This document shows positions 19,993 through 28,362 of a stretch of DNA of 32,000 nt, one piece after another (within the stretch, counting starts at the first letter, position 1; each line of letters starts with the position of its first letter). Origin of the DNA: an uncultured Opitutales bacterium (GTDB lineage Bacteria > Verrucomicrobiota > Verrucomicrobiia > Opitutales > Intestinicryptomonadaceae); assembly GCA_934660865.1 (NCBI GenBank), contig CAKUIA010000002.1, positions 150,001 to 182,000 of the forward strand, written 5' to 3'. The position numbers and the translations under genes were made by a program. The notes under the pieces were generated by a model. The model was not told the origin of the DNA, did no database searches, and worked only from the letters and a program-made list of their open reading frames with translations.

Positions 19993-21779
19993 AGCCCCCC
20001 GAAATAAGGAAGCTGGACAGCGTTTTAATAAGCAAAATCGCGGCGGGCGAGGTTGTAGAAAGACCCGCTTCGGCGGTAAAAGAGCTTGTGGAAAACGCCA
20101 TAGACGCAAAGGCGACAAAAATAGACATAGATTTTAAAAGCGGCGGCAAAGCCTACATAAGGGTTGCCGACAACGGCTGCGGAATGACAAAAGAGCAGGC
20201 TTTAATGAGCCTTGAGCAGCACGCGACAAGCAAAATTTTTACCGCGCAGGACCTAAACGAAATAAAAAGCTACGGATTTAGGGGCGAGGCCGTTCCCTCC
20301 ATTGCCGCGGTTTCGCAATTTACAATAAAAACGCGCCCCGAAAATTCGGTGGCGGGCACCGAAATTTTCGTAAACGGAGGCAAGCTTGAATATTGCAGGG
20401 AATGCGGAACGTCTTTCGGCACCGAAATTACCGCGGCAAACCTGTTTTGCTCGGTTCCCGCCCGCCGCAAATTCCTTAAAAGCGACAACACCGAGGCAAT
20501 GCAAATTGTAAGGCTGTGCAAAAGCTACGCGCTGGCTTTGCCCGAAATTTCGTTTACGCTTAGGGAAAACGCAAAAACGGTTTTTAAATCGTCAAAGGGC
20601 TTCGGCCTTATAGACGCAGTCGAAAAAATATACGGGCGCGAGCTTTCCGAAAAATTAACCGAACTCCCCCCCGAACAAAGGGGAGCTTTGAAAATATACG
20701 GGGCGATTTCGAAGCCCGAATTTTCGTTTGCAACAAGCCGCAACATATACGCCTTTATAAACAACCGCCCCGTAGAGTCTAAAACGGTGTTTTTCGCGCT
20801 AAAAGAGGCGTATGCGCCGTTTATACCGCAGGGCAAATATGCGGGCGGCTTTTTGTTTATAGAAATAGACCCAAAGCTTGTAGACGTAAACGTGCACCCC
20901 GCAAAGCGCGAAGTGCGCTTTAACGACGAGCGCCTTGTGCGCGACTTTCTGTGCGAATGTGTCTCTAAAAAAATAGAGTTGCTGGCAAACCCCTTTGCCG
21001 GAAAAAAAGAGGAAAGCGCCGCGTTAAGGCCCGAAATTTTCCCCGCAATTTTCCCGTCGCGCGAAGGGCCCAAAAACATCGAATATGTGCGCCCGTTGCA
21101 GGTAAACGACTGCGTTGCAGCCAAAATTTTGCCCGCAAAAGCCGAAGTTTTAGGCGGCGACAACAACGCCGCTTCGCAAAAATCGACCGCGCCCGAAAGC
21201 GCGCAAAGCGCCCTGCCCGACTGGCAGTTTATGGGCTCTTTCGAAAACTATGTATTTTTTAAGGCGGGCGATTCGGTAAAAATTTTAGACGCTGTAGGTG
21301 CCAAAAAACGCATTGTTTTCGACAGCATTATAGATTCGCTTGAAAGCGGGGCAAAGCGCCCCGCGCAAACGCTTTTGCTGCCTCTTTGCCTGCAGCTTGA
21401 CAGACTCGATTCGGAAATTTTACGGAACAACCTCGGGCAATTTTCGGCCTGCGGCTTCGAGATAGAGGAATTCGGCAAAAACTTTTTCAGGATTTTAACG
21501 CTGCCGCAGTGGGCGGAAATTTCGCAGGCCGAAGGCTTTGTAAAAGACTTTTTGGAGCTGAAAAAAACTTCGGCGCCGGCAAGGGCGGCCGATATAAACT
21601 ACGCCTTTGCAATGTCGGCGGCCCAGGCAGTGCGCGGCGCAAAAACTCCCGATTGCGCCGAAAGCGCAACGCAACTTTTAAGCGAACTTTTTAAATGCCA
21701 AAACGCTGCAAACGCCCCCGACGGCGCGTATATAATAAAGTCGGCCGACAAAAACTTTTTGGCGCGCCTTTTTAAGTAG
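19989..21779 (+). CDS. mutL: DNA mismatch repair protein MutL (C-terminal endonuclease motifs degenerate)
   Basis: GHKL ATPase N-terminus IAAGEVVERPASAVKELVENAIDA...DNGCGM with a MutL transducer and a C-terminal dimerisation domain. The ATGA overlaps the ligA stop. Confidence 0.93.
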   Translation: MKPPEIRKLDSVLISKIAAGEVVERPASAVKELVENAIDAKATKIDIDFKSGGKAYIRVADNGCGMTKEQALMSLEQHATSKIFTAQDLNEIKSYGFRGEAVPSIAAVSQFTIKTRPENSVAGTEIFVNGGKLEYCRECGTSFGTEITAANLFCSVPARRKFLKSDNTEAMQIVRLCKSYALALPEISFTLRENAKTVFKSSKGFGLIDAVEKIYGRELSEKLTELPPEQRGALKIYGAISKPEFSFATSRNIYAFINNRPVESKTVFFALKEAYAPFIPQGKYAGGFLFIEIDPKLVDVNVHPAKREVRFNDERLVRDFLCECVSKKIELLANPFAGKKEESAALRPEIFPAIFPSREGPKNIEYVRPLQVNDCVAAKILPAKAEVLGGDNNAASQKSTAPESAQSALPDWQFMGSFENYVFFKAGDSVKILDAVGAKKRIVFDSIIDSLESGAKRPAQTLLLPLCLQLDRLDSEILRNNLGQFSACGFEIEEFGKNFFRILTLPQWAEISQAEGFVKDFLELKKTSAPARAADINYAFAMSAAQAVRGAKTPDCAESATQLLSELFKCQNAANAPDGAYIIKSADKNFLARLFK

Positions 21780-21883
21780 CAAATCCTTCGGGCTTTGCGC
21801 GCAGGCAACCGCATTTTACGGCTAAAAAAACATTTGCCTTAAATGCCAAGACGTTTAATAATGGCCTAAATTTTTATTTAATA

Positions 21884-23440
21884 ATGAACGAAGACCACAA
21901 CAAAACAATTCAAGAAAACAGCCACGACCTTTTTGCCGTACGCAAGGCAAAGCTAGACGCAATGCGCGCCCGCGGCGAAGACCCATTTAGGAACGAATGG
22001 CCGCAAACGCACACCTCCGAGCAGGCGCTGGCGTTGTTTAACGAAGAAACCCAAAGCGGCCCCGAAGTTTCGCTTGCCGGGCGCATTATGCTTTTCAGGC
22101 TTATGGGTAAAGCCAGCTTCATTAAAATTCAAGACCGCAAGGGAATAATACAGCTGTATTTCTCGCGCGACAACCTGCCCGAAGGCAAGTATAACGACCA
22201 GTTTAAAAAAGACATAGACGTAGGCGACATCATAGGCGTAAAGGGCGAATTGTTTAAGACAAAGACGGGCGAAATTACCGTTAGGGTGCACGACTATAAA
22301 ATGCTCAGCAAAGCATTGCGCCCCCTGCCCGAAAAATGGCACGGCCTTACCGACGACGACCAAATATACCGCCAGCGCTACCTAGACCTTATCACTAACC
22401 AGGAGTCGAAACTAAGGTTTATGCTGCGCTCGAAAATAATCAAGGAAATAAGGCAGTTTTTGTGGGAGAGGGATTTCTGCGAAGTTGAAACCCCAATTTT
22501 GCACTCGGTTGCCGGCGGGGCTGCGGCAAAGCCTTTTGTAACGTATATGAACGCGCTAGACTCTTTGTTCTTCCTTAGAATTGCGCCCGAGCTTTATCTA
22601 AAAAGAATGCTTGTAGGCGGTTTTGAAAGGGTATTCGAACTTAGCAGGGTATTCCGCAACGAAGGCGTAGACCGCAAACACAACCCCGAATTTACAATGC
22701 TGGAAGTCTACCAGGCCTACTCCAACCACGAGGGCATGATGGAACTTTTTAAGTCCATGATTCAGCGCATATGCAAAAACATTTTGGGCACAACTTCCAT
22801 AAAGCGCCCCGACGGCCAAGTTATAGAGCTTGGCGGCGAATGGCGCCAGGCCGACTATAAAGACCTTATTATTGAAACTACAAAAGACCCGAACTGGTTT
22901 TCGAGAACAAGGGAGGAAAAACTTGCCTATTGCGACGCGCAAAAAATAGAGATTAAAAACCGCGACAACGCCGAAGACTACGAAGTTACAAACGCAGTTT
23001 ACAGCAAGCAAATAGAGCCTTTCCTGGTTCAGCCTACTTTTGTTATGCACATTCAAAAAGAGCTTTGCCCGCTGGCCAAAATCAACCAGAAAGACACGGG
23101 CGTGCTCGACGTTTTCGAGCTTTGCATAAACGGACAGGAAATTGCCCCCGCCTACTCCGAGCAAAACGACTCTATTATACAGCGTCAAATGCTCGAAGCG
23201 CAAATAGGCGAAGAAGTGCAAAAGCTGGACGAAGACTTTTTGGTTGCAATGGAGCACGGCATGCCCCCCGCGGGCGGCATGGGCGTGGGCATAGACAGGC
23301 TTGTAATGCTGCTTACCAGCGCCGAAAACATACGCGACACCGTATTGTTCCCAAGCCTTAAGAATATGACGAAAGACGCCGAAGACTCAAAAGAGGGCGT
23401 TCTTTTAAAGTCTTTCCAAAACTATTCTAAAGAGCAGTAG
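21884..23440 (+). CDS. lysS: Lysine--tRNA ligase, class II
   Basis: OB anticodon-binding domain followed by a class II core: FCEVETP, FELSRVFRNEG.D..HNPEFT.LE and GMPP.GG.G.GIDRLVM. Confidence 0.97.
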   Translation: MNEDHNKTIQENSHDLFAVRKAKLDAMRARGEDPFRNEWPQTHTSEQALALFNEETQSGPEVSLAGRIMLFRLMGKASFIKIQDRKGIIQLYFSRDNLPEGKYNDQFKKDIDVGDIIGVKGELFKTKTGEITVRVHDYKMLSKALRPLPEKWHGLTDDDQIYRQRYLDLITNQESKLRFMLRSKIIKEIRQFLWERDFCEVETPILHSVAGGAAAKPFVTYMNALDSLFFLRIAPELYLKRMLVGGFERVFELSRVFRNEGVDRKHNPEFTMLEVYQAYSNHEGMMELFKSMIQRICKNILGTTSIKRPDGQVIELGGEWRQADYKDLIIETTKDPNWFSRTREEKLAYCDAQKIEIKNRDNAEDYEVTNAVYSKQIEPFLVQPTFVMHIQKELCPLAKINQKDTGVLDVFELCINGQEIAPAYSEQNDSIIQRQMLEAQIGEEVQKLDEDFLVAMEHGMPPAGGMGVGIDRLVMLLTSAENIRDTVLFPSLKNMTKDAEDSKEGVLLKSFQNYSKEQ

Positions 23441-23462
23441 CATAACATTCTGCAAAAAACGC

Positions 23463-23494
23463 AAAAAACTTCGGCATTTGTCCGAAGTTTTTTT
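23463..23494. terminator. Bidirectional rho-independent terminator between convergent lysS and the porin gene
   Basis: AAAAAACTTCGG (23463-23474) pairs with CCGAAGTTTTTT (23482-23493) around a 7-nt loop. A second small palindrome, CCCGAAATTTCGGG, lies at 23498-23511. Confidence 0.55.
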
Positions 23495-23530
23495 GTGCCC
23501 GAAATTTCGGGAATAAAAATTTATTTTCGC

Positions 23531-24841
23531 CTAAAACATTACCTGCAGCTGGCCTATAACTATGTCCGACGACGCCGAGCCTTTGTCTACCCCCAGCGGC
23601 GAGTCTTGGAAATCCAAATGCTCTATGCCCATTGCATATTTTAGGTATCTGCCGCGTATGTACCAATTTACGCCCGCATAATACGCATGGGCTTTGTTGA
23701 ACAAACCGCCGGCATTCGGCGATTTGTAGAAAACGTCGCATTCCCTAACGCCTTTGCCGTCGGTATTTAAGTAGGTATATCTAAAAATAGGTTCCAGTTT
23801 GCCAAGCTTGCCTAAATCGAATAACTTGTAGGCAACCATTGCGCTAAAGCCGTGAGGGTCGGCATACCCCGAGGCGGTTGTATAGGTGGGGACTAAGTCG
23901 GACTTTGTTTTGCCGTATTGAACTTTTGCCATCATATATTCAAGCTGCACGGTAAGCTTTTCGGTTGCCAACCTAAAATAGGGGTCTATGCCGTAAAGGT
24001 CGCCGCAATCTACAATATCGCTCGGCAACGACGCCCCGCCCGCTATTGCCGAAACGCTTTTTGTCGAATAGCCGAAGTTGCTGCCGAATTTTACGGTAAA
24101 ATCTTCAAACTTCTTTTCGTAGCCGAGCATAAGCCAAACAATAACACCGTTGTCGCGCCTGATATCTATGGCGTCGGTTTTCGAATTTGAAAGGCCAAGC
24201 TGATACACATATTCCTTGTGCGTAGGCAAATAGCCGTCGAAATATATGCCCGGGTGGCTGCCCGAAAAGCCGAGCGACGTTCCGTAGGCCGTTTTGCGGT
24301 AGCCGTCTATGCCGCCGTCGCCCCCGCCGAAATACAGGCACAAAATGTTTCTGTCGGGCGTAAAAAGGTTTGTACAGCTGTCGGGCTCTTCCATCGAAAA
24401 GTTCGGCCCCAAAAAGCCCGCCTTAAAAGTTCCGCAAACATATTCGCTTTCCAAATTGTAGGTTGCAAAAGCGCTGTTTATGGGCATGTCGCTGGGCAAA
24501 TATACGGCCACAAACACGCTGGTATTTTCGGTTGGGTTTGCAATAAAAACAGGCAGCAGCCTTCGTATGTCGAAGCGCGACTGGCTTGAATTTGCCGCGT
24601 TAAAATAGGTGTGCTGCGCGTAGGTATAGCGGTTTTGCAGAATAAGAAAGGTTCTAAGGCGCGGCTCGGACTGCGGCAACAATAGCTCTATAGACGAGCT
24701 TTCCTTCTTCACGGCGTCGGCGTCCATCTTCGAAATTACGCCCGTTTCCGACAGGGCGTCTAAAAAGCGTGCGTTAATGGCTCCCTTTGCAAACGCCAAA
24801 GGGCAAACCATTAAAAAAACTACCGCAAAAAAGCCGCGCAT
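23531..24841 (-). CDS. Putative outer-membrane beta-barrel porin
   Basis: Signal peptide MRGFFAVVFLMVCPLAFA|KG. The body is Gly/Tyr/Asn-rich with alternating beta-strand character, and the C-terminus is ...GQLQVMF, an OMP-type terminal Phe. The family was not identified. Confidence 0.5.
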   Translation of the reverse strand: MRGFFAVVFLMVCPLAFAKGAINARFLDALSETGVISKMDADAVKKESSSIELLLPQSEPRLRTFLILQNRYTYAQHTYFNAANSSQSRFDIRRLLPVFIANPTENTSVFVAVYLPSDMPINSAFATYNLESEYVCGTFKAGFLGPNFSMEEPDSCTNLFTPDRNILCLYFGGGDGGIDGYRKTAYGTSLGFSGSHPGIYFDGYLPTHKEYVYQLGLSNSKTDAIDIRRDNGVIVWLMLGYEKKFEDFTVKFGSNFGYSTKSVSAIAGGASLPSDIVDCGDLYGIDPYFRLATEKLTVQLEYMMAKVQYGKTKSDLVPTYTTASGYADPHGFSAMVAYKLFDLGKLGKLEPIFRYTYLNTDGKGVRECDVFYKSPNAGGLFNKAHAYYAGVNWYIRGRYLKYAMGIEHLDFQDSPLGVDKGSASSDIVIGQLQVMF

Positions 24842-24849
24842 TCAAAATA

Positions 24850-26292
24850 TTATTTCAACTGGCTATTGTTGAAAAATACCGGCGCTTTGCAATCTTTAAG
24901 AGATATAAATTCTTTAAAACCCGCGGGCTTGTAGGTGCTGTTTATTATGCGCAGGTTCGAAACGTTGTCGGCAACAAAGGGGCTTCGAATGTCGTTGCCG
25001 TTCCAATAGCCAATGCAAACGTTGTTAAAGGTAATGTTGTTGGCGTTTCTTACATAAAACGCGCTGGAAGGCAATATGCAGCCGAACACCCTCGGCCCGG
25101 GAAAGCCCTTTTCGGGGTCTTTTACATCGCGGGATTGCTCTTTTTGCAGCTTTTCCAGCGGCGCGCCGCCCTTGGCTTGAAGCGTAAAATCGCTTATGGA
25201 AATGTTTTCCAAAATATGCCCCGGCGTTGCGGTAATCGAATTGCTAATCCAGCTTTCGGCCTTTGCGGTTATGCCCGAAATTTTCACGTTTCGTATGGCG
25301 CTTTTCGGGTTGCCCTTAACGCCGCGGTTGCGGTGCCCCACCCTTATGCAAAGCGGAACGTGCATATCCATAACAACCAGGTTCGAAATATTTACGTTTT
25401 CTATAACGGCCCCGTCTACCGAAGAAATGTTTATGCCGCAACCGCCGTTTATGCCCTCCGAAACGCCAAAAGTTTTTGGCCAGTGCTTGCGCGACTCGTA
25501 AACAATGGCTCTTTCGGCGCATTTTTTAATTATGCAGTTGCTTATTGTTATGTTTTTAAAATTGCCCAATGTTTCGGTGCCCGTTTTTACCGAGCTTGCG
25601 CACGACGATATAAGGCAGTTTGTTATTGTAACGTTTTCTACAACCGAGTCGGCATTAAGTGTTTTTAGCACAATGGCGTCGTCGAAAGTATCTATAACGC
25701 AGTCGGAAATCACCACATTTTCGGATTCTATGTCTATGCCGTCGTTATTGTAATTTGCATGGGCGTAGATATTTAGCTTGCTTATCTTAACGCCGTTGCA
25801 CTGCAAAAGGTAGAATGTCCAATAGGCGGGGCTAGTAAGGCGCACATTTTCCACCAAAACGTTTTTGCATTTTTTAAGCAAAATAAGGCGCGGTCGGTTT
25901 GGGGCTTCGTCGCCTATTTCAAATTCGCCGCCCGAACCGTCTATTGTGCCAAGCCCCGTTATGCCTATGTTGCTTGCGTTTTCGCCCCTGATAAGGGCCA
26001 CATTGTATTCGCTGCTTTTATGGCCTTTTAAAACTACGCCGCGCGGCAGATTAAGCATTACATTGTCTTTTAAAAATATGCTTTGCGTGCGGTATGTGCC
26101 AAGCTTGTCGAACAACACTTCGCCGCCGCCCGTTGCACTGCATTTGTCTATTGCGTCTTGTATCTGCTTGGTGTTTATAAACTTGCCGTCGCCAACCGCA
26201 CCAAAGTCCGAAACTTTTACATTGTCTGCCCAAGCCACATTTGCCAAAAGTGCGGCAAAAACCGCGCTAAATATAAATCTTATCTTTCCCAT
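24850..26292 (-). CDS. Secreted right-handed beta-helix glycoside hydrolase, GH28 (polygalacturonase/rhamnogalacturonase)-like
   Basis: Signal peptide ...LLANVAWA|DN. The N-terminus VSDFGAVGDGK..NT..IQ.AID.C is typical of this fold, as are NNDGIDIES and DTFDDAIVLK (the Asp-rich catalytic region). The stop lies 8 nt upstream of the porin start. Confidence 0.7.
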   Translation of the reverse strand: MGKIRFIFSAVFAALLANVAWADNVKVSDFGAVGDGKFINTKQIQDAIDKCSATGGGEVLFDKLGTYRTQSIFLKDNVMLNLPRGVVLKGHKSSEYNVALIRGENASNIGITGLGTIDGSGGEFEIGDEAPNRPRLILLKKCKNVLVENVRLTSPAYWTFYLLQCNGVKISKLNIYAHANYNNDGIDIESENVVISDCVIDTFDDAIVLKTLNADSVVENVTITNCLISSCASSVKTGTETLGNFKNITISNCIIKKCAERAIVYESRKHWPKTFGVSEGINGGCGINISSVDGAVIENVNISNLVVMDMHVPLCIRVGHRNRGVKGNPKSAIRNVKISGITAKAESWISNSITATPGHILENISISDFTLQAKGGAPLEKLQKEQSRDVKDPEKGFPGPRVFGCILPSSAFYVRNANNITFNNVCIGYWNGNDIRSPFVADNVSNLRIINSTYKPAGFKEFISLKDCKAPVFFNNSQLK

Positions 26293-26366
26293 TCTTTGCT
26301 ATATTAATGTTAATGTATTCGTTGGCATATTTGCAAGCCGCCTGTTTTTAGGCAAGCAAAAATTGC

Positions 26367-27368
26367 CTAGTTGAAAAACTTTTCGGCTTCAAAGCGCGAA
26401 ATGTTGCGCATATTAACATAGCGGCTTTTTAAAAGCATTTGGTTGCTGTGCCCCATATTTAGCTGCAGACGCGGCAGGTCTTTAAAGCGCTTGGCAAAAA
26501 AGCTGGCAAACGTGTGCCTAAGCACATCGGCTTGCCACGGCAATGCGTTGCGGCTAAAACCGCTGCTTTGCCTTATGTTTTGCCAACGGCGCTCCCAGTT
26601 TTTTGGGCATATTTTGCCCGAACCTATTGTTTTGCTTAAAATGCGCTTTAGCTGCGGCATAATTTCCACTTGGCGCACCCCGCCTGTTTTAGAACACAGC
26701 GAGCGCACAGTTATTGTGTTTTCCTGCAAATCAATATCTTGCCAAGTTAGCCGCCTAACTTCGCGCGGGCGTATTCCCGCATATATCAAAAGGGCAACGG
26801 CTGGCAGGCAAATGCCACCGCACTCGCTTTTTGCAACTTCTATAAGCCGCCTTATTTGGCTTAGTTTTAGCGGCAAAATTTCCTTTTCAATAACGCGCCG
26901 TTTTTCGATGTGCTTTATGGGGTTTTTGTCGCACCAGTTGTAGCGCACTGCAAATTCAAATAGGGCGTGCAGCATACTCCTTGCCTTGTTTTGCTGGCTT
27001 GGTGTGCTAAAGGCGCAGCTTAGCCACGCTTCGCATTCCGACACACTAAGTTGCGAAAAATTGCGATTGGCAAGTTCGGAGTTGGCTTTAATCAGCCTAT
27101 TGCCTATGCAGCGAATGTCTCGCAAAGAGTCTTTGCGCAAGTGCTTTTTGCTTTCGTAATAAATTGCAAAACCCCGGTTAAAAGGCATTTCGTTTGCCCT
27201 TATGTTGCGAAGGCCAACTTCAATAACTTTTAAAACAAATTGCGCGTCGGTTAAATTGCAGTTTTTGGGCTTCGCGTCTAAAATATTTCTGACAAATCTT
27301 GCCGCGTCTAACGCAGAAACATTTGCACCGTTTAACACCTCTTTTATCAATAGTTCCATTTTGTCCAT
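26367..27368 (-). CDS. Tyrosine site-specific recombinase (phage-integrase family)
   Basis: SAM-like N-domain (ARSMLHALFEFAVRYNWCDKNPI). Catalytic region: AGIRPREV (Arg I), VLRHTFASF (Arg II; the usual His three residues before it is Asp here), MGHSN (His) and SRYVNM (Tyr nucleophile). Confidence 0.85.
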   Translation of the reverse strand: MDKMELLIKEVLNGANVSALDAARFVRNILDAKPKNCNLTDAQFVLKVIEVGLRNIRANEMPFNRGFAIYYESKKHLRKDSLRDIRCIGNRLIKANSELANRNFSQLSVSECEAWLSCAFSTPSQQNKARSMLHALFEFAVRYNWCDKNPIKHIEKRRVIEKEILPLKLSQIRRLIEVAKSECGGICLPAVALLIYAGIRPREVRRLTWQDIDLQENTITVRSLCSKTGGVRQVEIMPQLKRILSKTIGSGKICPKNWERRWQNIRQSSGFSRNALPWQADVLRHTFASFFAKRFKDLPRLQLNMGHSNQMLLKSRYVNMRNISRFEAEKFFN

Positions 27369-27384
27369 CGTATTTAAAATACGA
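27368..27384. repeat. Site L: perfect 17-bp palindrome TCGTATTTAAAATACGA, a candidate recombinase core site or operator
   Basis: Read directly from the sequence. Its left edge overlaps the recombinase start codon (CAT at 27366-27368). 27367-27382 is the exact reverse complement of 27545-27560. Confidence 0.6.
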
Positions 27385-27538
27385 ATGTCAAATATAAATT
27401 CAAAAGATTGTTTGAATTATTTGCATAAAATAACTTACGCAAAATCAGCTGAACGGTTGGAACAGATTTTAAAACAATTTCTTTGCAACGCAAAATATAT
27501 AATATTGTGTTTTTCAAAAGCTTGCAACAAAGCAAATG

Positions 27539-27563
27539 CCTATAGTATTTTAAATACGATAGG
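27539..27563. repeat. Site R: 25-bp palindrome CCTATAGTATTTTAAATACGATAGG (11 of 12 pairs), partner of site L
   Basis: Read directly from the sequence. It lies 23 nt upstream of the ATG at 27586. Its 7-bp A/T core TTTTAAA is the reverse complement of the site L core TTTAAAA. Confidence 0.6.
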
Positions 27564-27585
27564 CTTCCCTTAAATTTTAATCGTA

Positions 27586-28350
27586 ATGACGTATGGCGTT
27601 TTTTTAGAGGAAGTGAATTCTATGCTTTCAAAATTTCCCGAAAGCAAGTTGCTTGTCCCCACATTGGGAGGGAGATCTTTGTTCTTGATTTATGTGGAAA
27701 ATGGCAAGTTAAAGATAGTAAATTCGAAAGGCAAAACATACGCTTTCACCGATAAGGAATACAATGCCATACAAAAGCGGTTTGTAGAATCGCCCGCTTT
27801 TGTCGCATTTAAAACTTGCAACTATACAAAAACAACAAATGCGGGGTGTATCGGCTGGACAACCCAAAACGGCAATAAAAATTGGATTTATTGGGGTTAT
27901 TTGCCCGCTGTATTTCGCGAATTATATGCGCGCAATGAAATGTGCATAGGCAATTCTTATTTATACAACTCCCCCGATATGCGCTCGTATACGGCTGTTG
28001 AGTGGAAAGACTTTCTCTCCTACATAAAAATTAGAGATATAATAAGCTCTATCTCGTATAACGATATTAATTTCGACAAAAAAGTTGAACTTTCGTCTTT
28101 TTTAAACGCCAAAAAAAAGGTTTGTGATTTTTTTGTAGGCAATAATTGGGGCATACATTGTGTCCTTTGGAGCAATATTGCAGACACCGTTGAGGACGAA
28201 ACTTTGCGCTATATAGTTTTAATTATTTTAAAATGGCTTAGGAAAGAAATCATTAAGTGTTTTAAAAAATGGAAAGACAAAAAAGGAAAAAATAAGTACC
28301 CGCGCCGCAACTGCAACAAATGCCCGCGCAACAAAAATTATAAACATTAA
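27586..28350 (+). CDS. Hypothetical protein, 254 aa, no recognised domain, Lys/Arg-rich C-terminal tail
   Basis: Long ORF in a very AT-rich region with no signal peptide. The tail is ...KKWKDKKGKNKYPRRNCNKCPRNKNYKH. Its stop lies 12 nt upstream of the next ATG. An alternative start at 27622 is preceded by GAGGA. Confidence 0.6.
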   Translation: MTYGVFLEEVNSMLSKFPESKLLVPTLGGRSLFLIYVENGKLKIVNSKGKTYAFTDKEYNAIQKRFVESPAFVAFKTCNYTKTTNAGCIGWTTQNGNKNWIYWGYLPAVFRELYARNEMCIGNSYLYNSPDMRSYTAVEWKDFLSYIKIRDIISSISYNDINFDKKVELSSFLNAKKKVCDFFVGNNWGIHCVLWSNIADTVEDETLRYIVLIILKWLRKEIIKCFKKWKDKKGKNKYPRRNCNKCPRNKNYKH

Positions 28351-28362
28351 AATTTTGTATTT

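Noticed and set aside
21780-21883. A hairpin with a UUCG-type loop (GCAAATCCTTCGGGCTTTGC) after mutL and a TTGCCT-17-AATAAT candidate promoter upstream of lysS.
   Set aside because: The stem is short and interrupted, and no T-run follows it. The promoter match is weak, so neither is strong enough to annotate.
28111-28118. Homopolymer tracts as slipped-strand phase-variation sites: A8 at 28111-28118 in the orphan gene, A8 at 28536-28543 in the pentapeptide gene, and T8 at 952-959, T8 at 1251-1258 and A8 at 1347-1354 in the lipoprotein gene.
   Set aside because: Tracts of 8 are at the low end for efficient slippage. They are explained by the AAA (Lys) and TTT (Phe) codon preference seen across the window, and similar runs occur in core genes.
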